Source of the DNA: a virus
Lineage: Duplodnaviria; Caudoviricetes
Length of the DNA: 25,665 nucleotides
IMG/VR virus record: IMGVR_UViG_3300007960_000159
Location: 1 to 25,665 of that record
Reading direction: 5' to 3' (one strand)
Shown: piece by piece, positions 17,720-25,665 of the stretch
How positions within the stretch are numbered: position 1 is the stretch's first letter
Layout of the letters: each line of letters starts with the position of its first letter
The notes under the pieces: generated by a model
What the model was told of the DNA's origin: nothing
Databases searched by the model: none
Seen by the model: only the letters and a program-made list of their open reading frames with translations
Translations under genes and position numbers: made by a program

Positions 17720-19342
17720 TTATGCTGCCGCGTTTTCAAACAATTCTTTTAATCCGTCACTGGGAGTAGAAACTGTTTGTTTTGGTTTAGCAGGAGTCAC
17801 TGATCCACTGATTGGTAAGTTTTCTCTATCAATGGCGGCCGGCATGTTGTCATCAGCAAATTCATCATCTTCCTCGGTATTAGATGTGCTTTCACCAGAT
17901 GCGCCAGAAATTAGAGCAGGAGCAGCATGCTCTTTAAAAGGTTCGTGTGTGGGCAATTTTCCTACCGTAGTTTTAGTCTTGCTGCTAGTTTCCCAGAATC
18001 TGGTTGTGGGGTTTAACACCGTGTCGTCTTTGTCAACCAGTGTAACAGCGGTTGGTTTACCAGCGTCACCTGCGCTGCCATTTAGAGAAATACAACCTGC
18101 TTGTAAATCTATGGCGCTGCCTTTCATCGTCACTTTATTGCCAGACATAGCAAAAACACTATCGGTTTTTTCCATGAGTCCTTTGCCACCGTAAATCATA
18201 GTCATGCCATCACTGTAAATGTTTGTGGCAGCTTTACCTTCAACATGAACACTTCCTTCACTGACCAGTTGTATCTGTTGCTTGGCATGCATTTTTATAC
18301 TAGCATCGGCATGGAAATTAATATTTTTTGAACGCATATTAATACTGTTCTGACTGTACACATCAACAGAGCCGTCTGGGTCAATTTCGATCCAGGCTGT
18401 ACCTTTACTGTTTGCAATATAAATCAAATCTTTGGTGTCATGTAAAAGAATTTGATGACCGCCAGCTGAACGAAGTCTTACTAAATTACTTTCACCATCT
18501 AGTGTACCATCATCCATTAAAAAGGTATGACCGTGTTTTCTAGCTACACGACCTTCAACGGCATTGGCCTGCTGAGAAGTTAAATCTTGACCTGCTTTCA
18601 ACGCATCAACTATATCTTTGCGGTCTTTAATGTCAATACCTTTGTCGTCGACTTTTCTTCCTTTGGTTGTAATGCCAAAAATTTCACTGGGACTTTCGCG
18701 CATGTAATTACTGGTGCTAAGACCGCGGGTAGTGTCAAAATCCAATCCCTGGAATTTTAATATACCGTGGGTATTTGAATCAAATGCACGAATAGGTTTA
18801 GTGAAGTTTAAGCCAGGTTTCGCAGTGTCATTGACATTGTCATTGAATTCTAGAGCTGGTGCTAACTTTGTATTTCCGCGCAGTGTTCCGGGTGGTACGT
18901 CTAGGTTTGCGGAACTTCCGGATTCGGGTAACCCCTGCATCATATAAATGTCAGGCGCGCACGCAAACCAAAATCCATCCTGGTTTTTTCCTTCGGGGAA
19001 AAAACAAAGCACTGTCGAACCTACGTCGGGACATGGGTATACCATTCCTGCCGTGTTTTTTACATTGATAAAAGAGTTACCAGATCCTTGAGCATCAGAT
19101 CTGCTATAAAAGGGTGTTGCATATTTTACTGTTCGCCACTGTGCTTTGTTTGTCGCTTCTGTGGCTTTGTCGGCAAAACTAGGAATAAAAACACTGAGAT
19201 TGCCCATGTGAGCAGGATGACTGTTTACTTTAACAATGCCGAGAACAACACCCTTTTCCTCGCGAACACCACCAACGTCCTGTGTTTTATATTCGTCGTC
19301 GCCGCCTTTTCTTCCACTGCTAAATTCTCTTGCTCTTGGCAT
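17720..19342 (-). CDS. Baseplate central spike, gp5/VgrG-like (540 aa), no internal lysozyme domain
   Basis: N-terminal OB-fold-like segment (GIVKVN..MGNLSVFIP..WRTV.YATPF..P.VGSTVLCFF), GHTFLMDD / LRSAGGHQILLHD motifs, beta-helix-like short repeats, PTHEP motif, then an acidic low-complexity tail. Confidence 0.78.
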   Translation of the reverse strand: MPRAREFSSGRKGGDDEYKTQDVGGVREEKGVVLGIVKVNSHPAHMGNLSVFIPSFADKATEATNKAQWRTVKYATPFYSRSDAQGSGNSFINVKNTAGMVYPCPDVGSTVLCFFPEGKNQDGFWFACAPDIYMMQGLPESGSSANLDVPPGTLRGNTKLAPALEFNDNVNDTAKPGLNFTKPIRAFDSNTHGILKFQGLDFDTTRGLSTSNYMRESPSEIFGITTKGRKVDDKGIDIKDRKDIVDALKAGQDLTSQQANAVEGRVARKHGHTFLMDDGTLDGESNLVRLRSAGGHQILLHDTKDLIYIANSKGTAWIEIDPDGSVDVYSQNSINMRSKNINFHADASIKMHAKQQIQLVSEGSVHVEGKAATNIYSDGMTMIYGGKGLMEKTDSVFAMSGNKVTMKGSAIDLQAGCISLNGSAGDAGKPTAVTLVDKDDTVLNPTTRFWETSSKTKTTVGKLPTHEPFKEHAAPALISGASGESTSNTEEDDEFADDNMPAAIDRENLPISGSVTPAKPKQTVSTPSDGLKELFENAAA

Positions 19343-19343
19343 T

Positions 19344-19353
19344 TGTTATCCTA
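19344..19353 (-). promoter_or_regulatory. Ribosome-binding 10-mer TAGGATAACA before the gp5-like gene
   Basis: Exact copies at 17007-17016 and 17708-17717; contains the TAA of the upstream gene. Confidence 0.7.
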
Positions 19354-22300
19354 ATGCTACATTTTCTTCGTTTTCTTGAGCCGCAGCATTTAATGCCGCT
19401 CTATTTTCATTTATAAATTCTGATAATAATAAATTATTTGTATCTGTTCTTTGCTGTGTTACTATCACAGGTTCTTCAGCCACAATAGCAGCTGGTTCTT
19501 CGTCGCCAATTCCTTCTTCATAGCTAAATCCATTGCTGTCTGCTATTGCTTGTAATCTATTAGCTTGTAAGCTTGTATTTAAAGAATCTGATAGTGTGCT
19601 TACTTTAGCTAAGCCTGATTGCAAGAATCCAGGTAATCCTTTAGCACCAGCTCCTAGTATATTCTGTAGTAACAAGCCTGTTAAATTTTGAACCTGTTGC
19701 TGTCGTTGTTGTTGTTGAACCAATTGTAAACTTTCTAAGCTTCTAGCTATCTTACCCTGTACAGGTTGCATTTTTTCTCTAACCGCTTTAAGAGTTTGCT
19801 TAAAAATGCCGCCACTAAAACTAGATTTGGTTTCTATAACTTTATAAACCCCATTAAATAGTGTACTTTTATATTTTCCTGTTGCTATTGGATCTAGTAA
19901 CCCTGTTAGATCATCATAGCCGGTGGCTGTTCTTAGATTAACCTGTATGTAAGGTGGGGTCAGATCATAGTTTATTGTTCCATCTGGATAAAATGGCTCC
20001 GGCCATATGCTATTGTTTTCGTTACTTTGCGGTTGCCAAAAACTATCTCCCACAGGAATAAATGCCGGATCACCATGGATTTCTAAATCGGCTTGAATCA
20101 TATCAGCACCATCGTGCAACAATGATGACATTAGATCCTTTCCGCGTTTTTGTGTTACTGTTTCGTCGTTGCTTACGCCTTGGTCCCCGGCCTGACTCCT
20201 AACAAAAGTCTGTGGCGACACGTTAGACTCATCCTTGTCTGCTTTGGGAATTCCTGTACCAAGTGTATTAACCTGATAATAAGCAGCGTCAAAGTCTAAT
20301 TTAAAGTTTATTACCTCGGTATTTTCTCCGCTGAAAATATAATTATAAATCTTATGAACTCCATCACCTTTTGGTAAGGTTTTTATCGCCCATGGAAAAT
20401 CACTGTAAAACATATTATATTCTTGAACTTTATATTCAATGTGCCACTTATATGATCCTGCTTTTTTATCCCATCCTAGATAATCTTTTATCTGGGGTAT
20501 AATCTTAAACCATTTCACTGGTTTATTTTGTGCTTCTGTGTCATCAACACCTTTATTATTTTCATCAATTAAATTTTGTTCAACATAATCACTAGCAACA
20601 ACCAAATAGGTAATCAACGAATTAATGTTGGTCCCTGCATTTACTTTAAAAAGATTTTTCGTTGGATCTACTAAACCTACTTTTTTACCCAATGGCCCGC
20701 CAATTGTTTTATACATTTTGTCGGTTTTTTGCGGAGTGTTTAGTGCATCAAATCTACTTGTAATAAGCTTTGCATTAGCAATTTGAGGATCAATTGAAAA
20801 ACTATACTTGTTAGCAATTTCTGCCATGGATTGAACTGTTATAGTTTTTCCTTTGTCTTGTCTGTCCGATGGCTTTGTTTTAGCTTCTTCAAATTTATTT
20901 AACGCATCACCTAGACCTTTAGCTGGTTCACCAAGTATGGTTTTAGTCTTTTGCGTGCCACCTAAGGCTGACACATCTTTGGCCTCAAATTCATTTGCTG
21001 CCTCTGACTGGGTTAAATATTTTTCCTCTCTAACGCTTTGCGTAATACCGGACATGAACACTTCACCTACCGTGCCTGCGGTTAATTGTACGTTTATAGG
21101 AATTGTGCTGGTAATGCTTTTTAAAATGTCTTGATGGTAAGGAACCGCCGTGCACCTGTACAATGCACCGCTGGCTTCTATGCTGAATTTAATAGCAATA
21201 ATTTTTATAGGTATGTATTTTGGCTTGATCGGGGAAACCTGTGAACCTAGATCATCGTATCCTTTAAATGAAATTTTTAACAGATAAGGAGTACTTATAT
21301 AGTTCTGTCCAGCTTCTAGTCTTGTTGTTGCGGCATCCTTTAAACGTTCAAGCAAGGTAATACCATTTGTCTCACGAATATCAAAACTTATTTCTACTGC
21401 ATTGGTGCTTGATGATTTTTTCCTGGGGCTACAAGCTATATTAGTCATCTGCAAATTATCAATAAGGAAATCCACGTCAAAAGGCCCGCGCAGATCAACA
21501 GTTGAGGTTGCAGTTTGAGACGTTTCTTCTTCGGCTACTTCGTCAACAGTTTCTGTTACTATTTTAGAGCTTGGACCAATACCACCACTTTGTACTACTA
21601 CCAGACTCTGAGAAATTATCTTATCTATTCCTCCTTGAGGATCTTTCATTAGTTCAACATAGGTTCTTGGACTAATCATATACAAACTTAAATTGTAGGT
21701 GTGGCTAGCATACCCTGACAACTGGTTTGGTCTCGCATCAATTTTAACTTCTTTAACAACTGTGCCTGATGATTTTGCACCCGATCCTTCAGCCTTTTTA
21801 ACAGAGCCATCAGCTGGTTTAACATTTTCTTTTGCAGTAGGTGGTGCTACATCATCGGGTGTGTTGTCGTCTGCAAACTCATCGTTACCAGGTTCAGGGT
21901 TGGGTGTTCTGTAATCGCCGCCATAGTCACCCTCACCAACAGCAGCGCCTTGTTCATCAACATCTTCGTTTCTGAGAATATCGTTGCTTTGACCACTGGA
22001 AGGTTTAACAGGGTTAGACGTTGAATATTCATCTCCATAAGCATTTTCACTATCTGCGCTGTAAGTATCTTCGTTGACTCTAGGCACCGGAGCAGCTTCT
22101 TTTTGGGATTGAGCAAGAATCTGTTCTTCATTTTTTACAGCATTCTTGCCTGTTTCAAAATAAGACCTGGCTGTGGTTCCGTTGGCATCTGTGGTGGTGG
22201 ACTGACCATTGGCTAATTTTTTTGCTTGGCCGGGCCCTAGCAAGTGACTTGTTGCAAGGTAACCGGCAGCAGTTCCGGGATCGGTGTTTTCGTTAACAAC

Positions 22301-22645
22301 GCCAATCCTCTTTAAAGTCTGGAAATTTCTTTGGGTATAGTTTTCAAACGTTCGATCCTGTAATTCTGGGTTCTGTAAAAAAGCCTGCTGGCCTCCTGGT
22401 ATTGTCCAATTACTTGGATTGGACATAAAATCTTTTTGATTGAATCTTCCAGAAGCAATTGCCTGTTTATATGCTTCTGGTTTAATCATTCCAGTATCAA
22501 CAAGTGCGGCTGCACCCATTTGATATGCTCCGGTATAGCCAATTGAATTTACTGCCTGATAGCCACCACTGCCTTGGCTCTCTCTTCGCTTAATTTCTGC
22601 TTTATAAGCTTCAAATTGTGATGCTGATAAACTACCTACAGCCAT
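19346..22645 (-). CDS. Baseplate hub-like protein (gp27/gpD position) fused to an N-terminal lysozyme-like muramidase domain (1099 aa)
   Basis: aa 1-172: RES-x5-Y-x-AVN-x2-Y-x-GAYQMG-x2-AL, a lysozyme/transglycosylase-like motif. aa ~175-300: acidic Pro-rich linker. C-terminal part has ADLEIHGDP and FNGVYKVIETKSSFSGGIFKQTL, typical of hub proteins. Lies between the gp53-like and gp5-like genes. Confidence 0.7.
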   Translation of the reverse strand: MAVGSLSASQFEAYKAEIKRRESQGSGGYQAVNSIGYTGAYQMGAAALVDTGMIKPEAYKQAIASGRFNQKDFMSNPSNWTIPGGQQAFLQNPELQDRTFENYTQRNFQTLKRIGVVNENTDPGTAAGYLATSHLLGPGQAKKLANGQSTTTDANGTTARSYFETGKNAVKNEEQILAQSQKEAAPVPRVNEDTYSADSENAYGDEYSTSNPVKPSSGQSNDILRNEDVDEQGAAVGEGDYGGDYRTPNPEPGNDEFADDNTPDDVAPPTAKENVKPADGSVKKAEGSGAKSSGTVVKEVKIDARPNQLSGYASHTYNLSLYMISPRTYVELMKDPQGGIDKIISQSLVVVQSGGIGPSSKIVTETVDEVAEEETSQTATSTVDLRGPFDVDFLIDNLQMTNIACSPRKKSSSTNAVEISFDIRETNGITLLERLKDAATTRLEAGQNYISTPYLLKISFKGYDDLGSQVSPIKPKYIPIKIIAIKFSIEASGALYRCTAVPYHQDILKSITSTIPINVQLTAGTVGEVFMSGITQSVREEKYLTQSEAANEFEAKDVSALGGTQKTKTILGEPAKGLGDALNKFEEAKTKPSDRQDKGKTITVQSMAEIANKYSFSIDPQIANAKLITSRFDALNTPQKTDKMYKTIGGPLGKKVGLVDPTKNLFKVNAGTNINSLITYLVVASDYVEQNLIDENNKGVDDTEAQNKPVKWFKIIPQIKDYLGWDKKAGSYKWHIEYKVQEYNMFYSDFPWAIKTLPKGDGVHKIYNYIFSGENTEVINFKLDFDAAYYQVNTLGTGIPKADKDESNVSPQTFVRSQAGDQGVSNDETVTQKRGKDLMSSLLHDGADMIQADLEIHGDPAFIPVGDSFWQPQSNENNSIWPEPFYPDGTINYDLTPPYIQVNLRTATGYDDLTGLLDPIATGKYKSTLFNGVYKVIETKSSFSGGIFKQTLKAVREKMQPVQGKIARSLESLQLVQQQQRQQQVQNLTGLLLQNILGAGAKGLPGFLQSGLAKVSTLSDSLNTSLQANRLQAIADSNGFSYEEGIGDEEPAAIVAEEPVIVTQQRTDTNNLLLSEFINENRAALNAAAQENEENVALG

Positions 22646-22646
22646 T

Positions 22647-22949
22647 TTATAATCCCAGTGAGCTGGTTAGTGTATCCTGCTTAGGAATGAAAATCTTTTT
22701 ACCCGCTTTAAAATCCCAGATTGGGTCGTTGAATTCATTGGGATTCCTAATCATGAATACCCACCATAGATTGGCATTTTTATACAAGTCATATGCCAAC
22801 AAATCTGGTCTGCGATGATAGGTTTGAGTTATTGTAAAAAGCACATCATCGGCATATGCTGGAAAGGTCCTAGGTTCGTAGACATCCAGATAGTCTCCGC
22901 GCATGGAAGTCAAAGAATACGGACTGTCAATAAGATATTCTACAGCCAT
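22647..22949 (-). CDS. Baseplate wedge protein, gp53-like/LysM-like (100 aa)
   Basis: RPDLLAYDLY..ANLWWVFMIRN...G..IFIP signature of the gp53/tail-X family; TAATG overlap with upstream gene. Confidence 0.85.
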   Translation of the reverse strand: MAVEYLIDSPYSLTSMRGDYLDVYEPRTFPAYADDVLFTITQTYHRRPDLLAYDLYKNANLWWVFMIRNPNEFNDPIWDFKAGKKIFIPKQDTLTSSLGL

Positions 22950-23821
22950 TAGGGAAGACCTCCAACATTTTTAGCATCACCAATGAGTGCCCCACTTGAA
23001 TATTCTTTAAATCCAAAGTTACTGTTTCTTGTTTTACTGATCACTGGCATCAAGTTAACCTGTATTTCAATTGAAGTGGGTACCCTTGTTTGATGAACTA
23101 ACCCCGTGGGTTGTGAACTTCTCGGTGTTTGCATAGAAACTATCATGTAGTCTACATCAGTAGGAAGATTAAAATTACAACTAGTTATTACCACAGGAAC
23201 ACTGTTAAACATATAAGGACCGTGTGCGCTAAATCTCAGCACAGGAGGTGGCGTGCCTCGGTTAGGATCCAATCCATAAAACATTTTTGTTGCAGATTTA
23301 ATAAAATGCATAACTGCTAGCAGGTATTGTCCTTCATAGGGTGTGTTTGCTGTGAACTTACCTCCACAGGTAATTTCTCCAACGGTGCTGTTGTTATAAC
23401 TAGTATTAGGATAGTTACTGTGTGTTACCTGCGTACTATTGTAGTTTGCTGTGTAACTAACACCTATACTTGGTGTGTATGGCCAAACAATACCGTCAGT
23501 AGTACGCAGAGGAGACAATATAGCACTATTTGGATCTCTGTACAAAATAGCCGGACTGCTAGGACTCAGTGATAATCTAGCCCTGTCATCATTGTCGCTG
23601 CCAACAAATCTAGCAGTTCCAATTACCGATGTATCTACGGCGGCGCCGCCGGGGAATAGTGCAGAATTTAACAATCTACTTGCACTAGCACCTATATAGG
23701 ACCTTGCTGCTTGTGCAACAACACCATCACCGGGAATTACTTTTTGTAATCCTTTGCCAATGGCTTGTTGGGTGGCGTTTTGCACTACATCGTTAATATT
23801 ATTGCTGTTAAAGGTAGCCAT
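22949..23821 (-). CDS. Tail tube initiator / baseplate-tube junction protein (gp48/gp54-like), 290 aa from ATG 23821
   Basis: GIVWPYTPSI, FTANT..E..YLLAVMHF, G.PPPVLRFSAHGPYMFNSVPVVI, VPT.I.I..NL.P motifs of tube-fold baseplate proteins; first gene of the operon. I prefer ATG 23821 over the track's GTG at 23839. Confidence 0.65.
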   Translation of the reverse strand: MATFNSNNINDVVQNATQQAIGKGLQKVIPGDGVVAQAARSYIGASASRLLNSALFPGGAAVDTSVIGTARFVGSDNDDRARLSLSPSSPAILYRDPNSAILSPLRTTDGIVWPYTPSIGVSYTANYNSTQVTHSNYPNTSYNNSTVGEITCGGKFTANTPYEGQYLLAVMHFIKSATKMFYGLDPNRGTPPPVLRFSAHGPYMFNSVPVVITSCNFNLPTDVDYMIVSMQTPRSSQPTGLVHQTRVPTSIEIQVNLMPVISKTRNSNFGFKEYSSGALIGDAKNVGGLP

Positions 23822-23857
23822 AAATAGTTTTACACCCACTAAATTTATTGTTTTTAG

Positions 23858-23890
23858 TATTTATTGAGCGTAAAATATACGTATATAATA
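23858..23890 (-). promoter_or_regulatory. Putative late promoter of the baseplate operon (AATAAATA core plus conserved upstream element)
   Basis: Minus strand TATTATATACGTATATTTTACGCTCAATAAATA, ending 36 nt upstream of ATG 23821; 24/33 ungapped match to 16597-16629. Confidence 0.65.
23875..23886. repeat. Perfect 12-bp palindrome ATATACGTATAT in the divergent intergenic region
   Basis: Read directly; overlaps the late-promoter upstream element and a plus-strand TATAAT at 23884-23889. Confidence 0.6.
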
Positions 23891-23905
23891 AATTAAGGAT
23901 CGTTA

Positions 23906-24727
23906 ATGAGAAAAAGAAAATATCTCAGCAATAAAGATTTATTGGAAGAAATCCGAATCTCAAAAAATTTATATTCAAGTTACATCGAAGAGGGCTACGC
24001 AAAATATGATTTAATTATTGCTAATATTGAGCGTATCAATGTTCGTACCATAGCAGAAGCAAAACGAAACCGCGCAGTCAGACTGGCGCGAGAGTCATAC
24101 GAATCCGCCTACGAAGAAAATCCCAGTGCCGGTGTCAAATTAGGTGACTTTGCAGTCGACTGGAAAAAAATCCAAAAGACTGATGTGGTATTTAGGGTAA
24201 TGACCTTTGATCACATACCTCTGCAACCTGGTCGCAAAAAAACAGTTAAAACAAAAGCAGACATGCACATACAATGTAACTTTCCTCCCTTCCAGCACTG
24301 GAAGTTTGATGAAAACGATAATCTAATATGTGTGGGTAAAAGCCACTGGCTTGGCGGCATGGAAAACGGACATTTCAGTAAGGTACACGGAAAGATGACC
24401 AACAATCTGGTTCGTATGTTTATGAAATTGGTTGAGAGATATGCTAGTCGTAGCAACTGGAGAGGTTATACGTATAACGATGAAATGCAGGGCAATGCTT
24501 TATTACAACTAAGTCAAATTGGGTTGCAGTTTGACGAAAGCAAGAGTCAGAATCCGTTTGCTTATTACACCGCCGCTATTACAAACAGTTTTACTCGGGT
24601 GCTTAACTTGGAGAAAAAAGGCCAAAGGATCAGGGATGATATTCTCGAAGCCAATGGTTTAAACCCAAGTTATACTCGACAGACAGAAAATGAAAACTAT
24701 AAATTTACTCAAGCCAGCGAAGAGTAA
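23906..24727 (+). CDS. gp55: RNA polymerase sigma factor for late transcription, gp55-like (273 aa)
   Basis: YLSNKDLL at the N terminus, NWRGYTYNDEM and FDESKSQNPFAYYT resemble T4 gp55 motifs; RBS AAGGA; lies upstream of a gp47-like gene as in T4-related phages. Confidence 0.85.
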   Translation: MRKRKYLSNKDLLEEIRISKNLYSSYIEEGYAKYDLIIANIERINVRTIAEAKRNRAVRLARESYESAYEENPSAGVKLGDFAVDWKKIQKTDVVFRVMTFDHIPLQPGRKKTVKTKADMHIQCNFPPFQHWKFDENDNLICVGKSHWLGGMENGHFSKVHGKMTNNLVRMFMKLVERYASRSNWRGYTYNDEMQGNALLQLSQIGLQFDESKSQNPFAYYTAAITNSFTRVLNLEKKGQRIRDDILEANGLNPSYTRQTENENYKFTQASEE

Positions 24728-24730
24728 CGC

Positions 24731-25665
24731 ATGGGAAATCTATTTAAACGAGCAATATTTTTCACCGATCTTCACCTAGGACTAAAAAGTAATTCAAAAC
24801 AACACAACAACGATTGTTTGGATTTCATTGACTTTGTTGTGTCCACGGGCAAGGAAGAAAACTGTGATACCTGTGTATTCCTCGGAGACTGGCATAATAA
24901 TCGCGCCAGCATCAACGTTAGCACGTTAAATTACAGTGTTGAAGCCATTGACCGATTAAGTGCAGCATTTAGTCAGATTGTTTTCATTCCAGGTAATCAC
25001 GACGAACACTATCGAGATACCAGAGAAATGAGCAGTGTTATCTGGACTAAAAAATACAGCAATCTAAGGCTGATCAATGAAATAACAGTTGACGGGGATG
25101 TTTGTATTATGCCTTGGTTGGTCGGCGACGAACATAAACGTGTATCAAAAATAGACTGCAAATATATGTTTGGCCATTTGGAACTGCCCAACTTTTTAAT
25201 GAATGCTATGGTCCAAATGCCAGACATAGGAGAACTGCGCCGCGAAGATCTTCACTGTGAACAGGTGTTTACCGGACATTTCCACAAGCGACAAACACAT
25301 AAAAATATAACCTATATCGGCAATGCCTTTCCACACAACTACGCAGATGTCAACGACGATGATCGAGGTGTAATGATACTTGATTGGGGCGGAAAACCTG
25401 TTTATCATAGGTGGCCGCAAGCGCCCAAATATCGTAGATACAAGCTCAGTGAAATTTTAGCAAAGCCCGACGAGTTGTTTGATACTAACATGTATTGTCG
25501 TGTTGAACTGGATATCGATATTAGCTACGAAGAAGCAAATTTTATCAAGGAGCAGTTTATCCCAGAGTTTAATTTACGTGAGCTTAGTCTCATACCTCGA
25601 GCGGAGGTTGATGATCACGCACAGGATTTTGAGGGCGAAGTTAACTTTGAAAGTGTGGACAGTAT
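24731..25665 (+). CDS. gp47: Recombination endonuclease subunit, gp47/Mre11/SbcD-like metallophosphoesterase (3' truncated by window)
   Basis: ATG 24731: MGNLFKRAIFFTDLHLG...FLGDWHNNR...IPGNHD...MFGHLE...VFTGHFHKRQ..NITYIG; all five calcineurin-like motifs present; open to window end, so absent from the ORF track. Confidence 0.92.
   Translation, partial: MGNLFKRAIFFTDLHLGLKSNSKQHNNDCLDFIDFVVSTGKEENCDTCVFLGDWHNNRASINVSTLNYSVEAIDRLSAAFSQIVFIPGNHDEHYRDTREMSSVIWTKKYSNLRLINEITVDGDVCIMPWLVGDEHKRVSKIDCKYMFGHLELPNFLMNAMVQMPDIGELRREDLHCEQVFTGHFHKRQTHKNITYIGNAFPHNYADVNDDDRGVMILDWGGKPVYHRWPQAPKYRRYKLSEILAKPDELFDTNMYCRVELDIDISYEEANFIKEQFIPEFNLRELSLIPRAEVDDHAQDFEGEVNFESVDS

Noticed and set aside
17688-18194. 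168-aa plus-strand ORF
   Set aside because: Antisense to the spike's low-complexity tail in the mirror frame; no homology cues
13044-23821. Bacterial eCIS/T6SS/tailocin locus
   Set aside because: Adjacent gp55-like sigma and gp47-like nuclease, TAAATA promoters and T4-type gp6/gp25/gp53 point to a phage genome
23822-23839. GTG start at 23839 from the ORF track
   Set aside because: ATG-GCT at 23821 matches the Met-Ala starts of most genes in the operon; not excluded, since neither start has a clear RBS
1-25665. Inteins, introns, homing endonucleases, DGR repeats, CRISPR arrays, tRNAs, terminators
   Set aside because: None seen by eye; intergenic space is minimal and no long DNA repeats or GC hairpins with U-tracts were noticed. 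Not computationally excluded, and not every block of the giant ORF was translated.

Overview
This is a window from a large T4-related (jumbo-type) myophage genome. A tightly packed minus-strand tail/baseplate operon (23821 -> <1) encodes, in order: a gp48/gp54-like tube initiator, gp53-like wedge protein, a lysozyme-hub fusion, a gp5-like spike, a degenerate lysozyme paralogue, gp25, a long gp6-like wedge and a giant virion protein of at least 4348 aa. The giant ORF is missing from the ORF track because it runs off the left edge. A divergent plus-strand unit encodes a gp55-like late sigma factor and a gp47/Mre11-like nuclease that runs off the right edge. Most interesting: (1) the giant protein's seven FG-GAP blades, inserted modules and period-5 [FY]D repeats; (2) a 33-bp extended late-promoter motif present twice with identical spacing, next to a late sigma factor with a ~140-aa insertion; (3) an apparently active and dead pair of lysozyme paralogues flanking the spike gene; (4) a DEFADDNxP peptide shared by the hub and spike linkers. 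All family assignments come from hand translation and motif recognition; no database searches were run.
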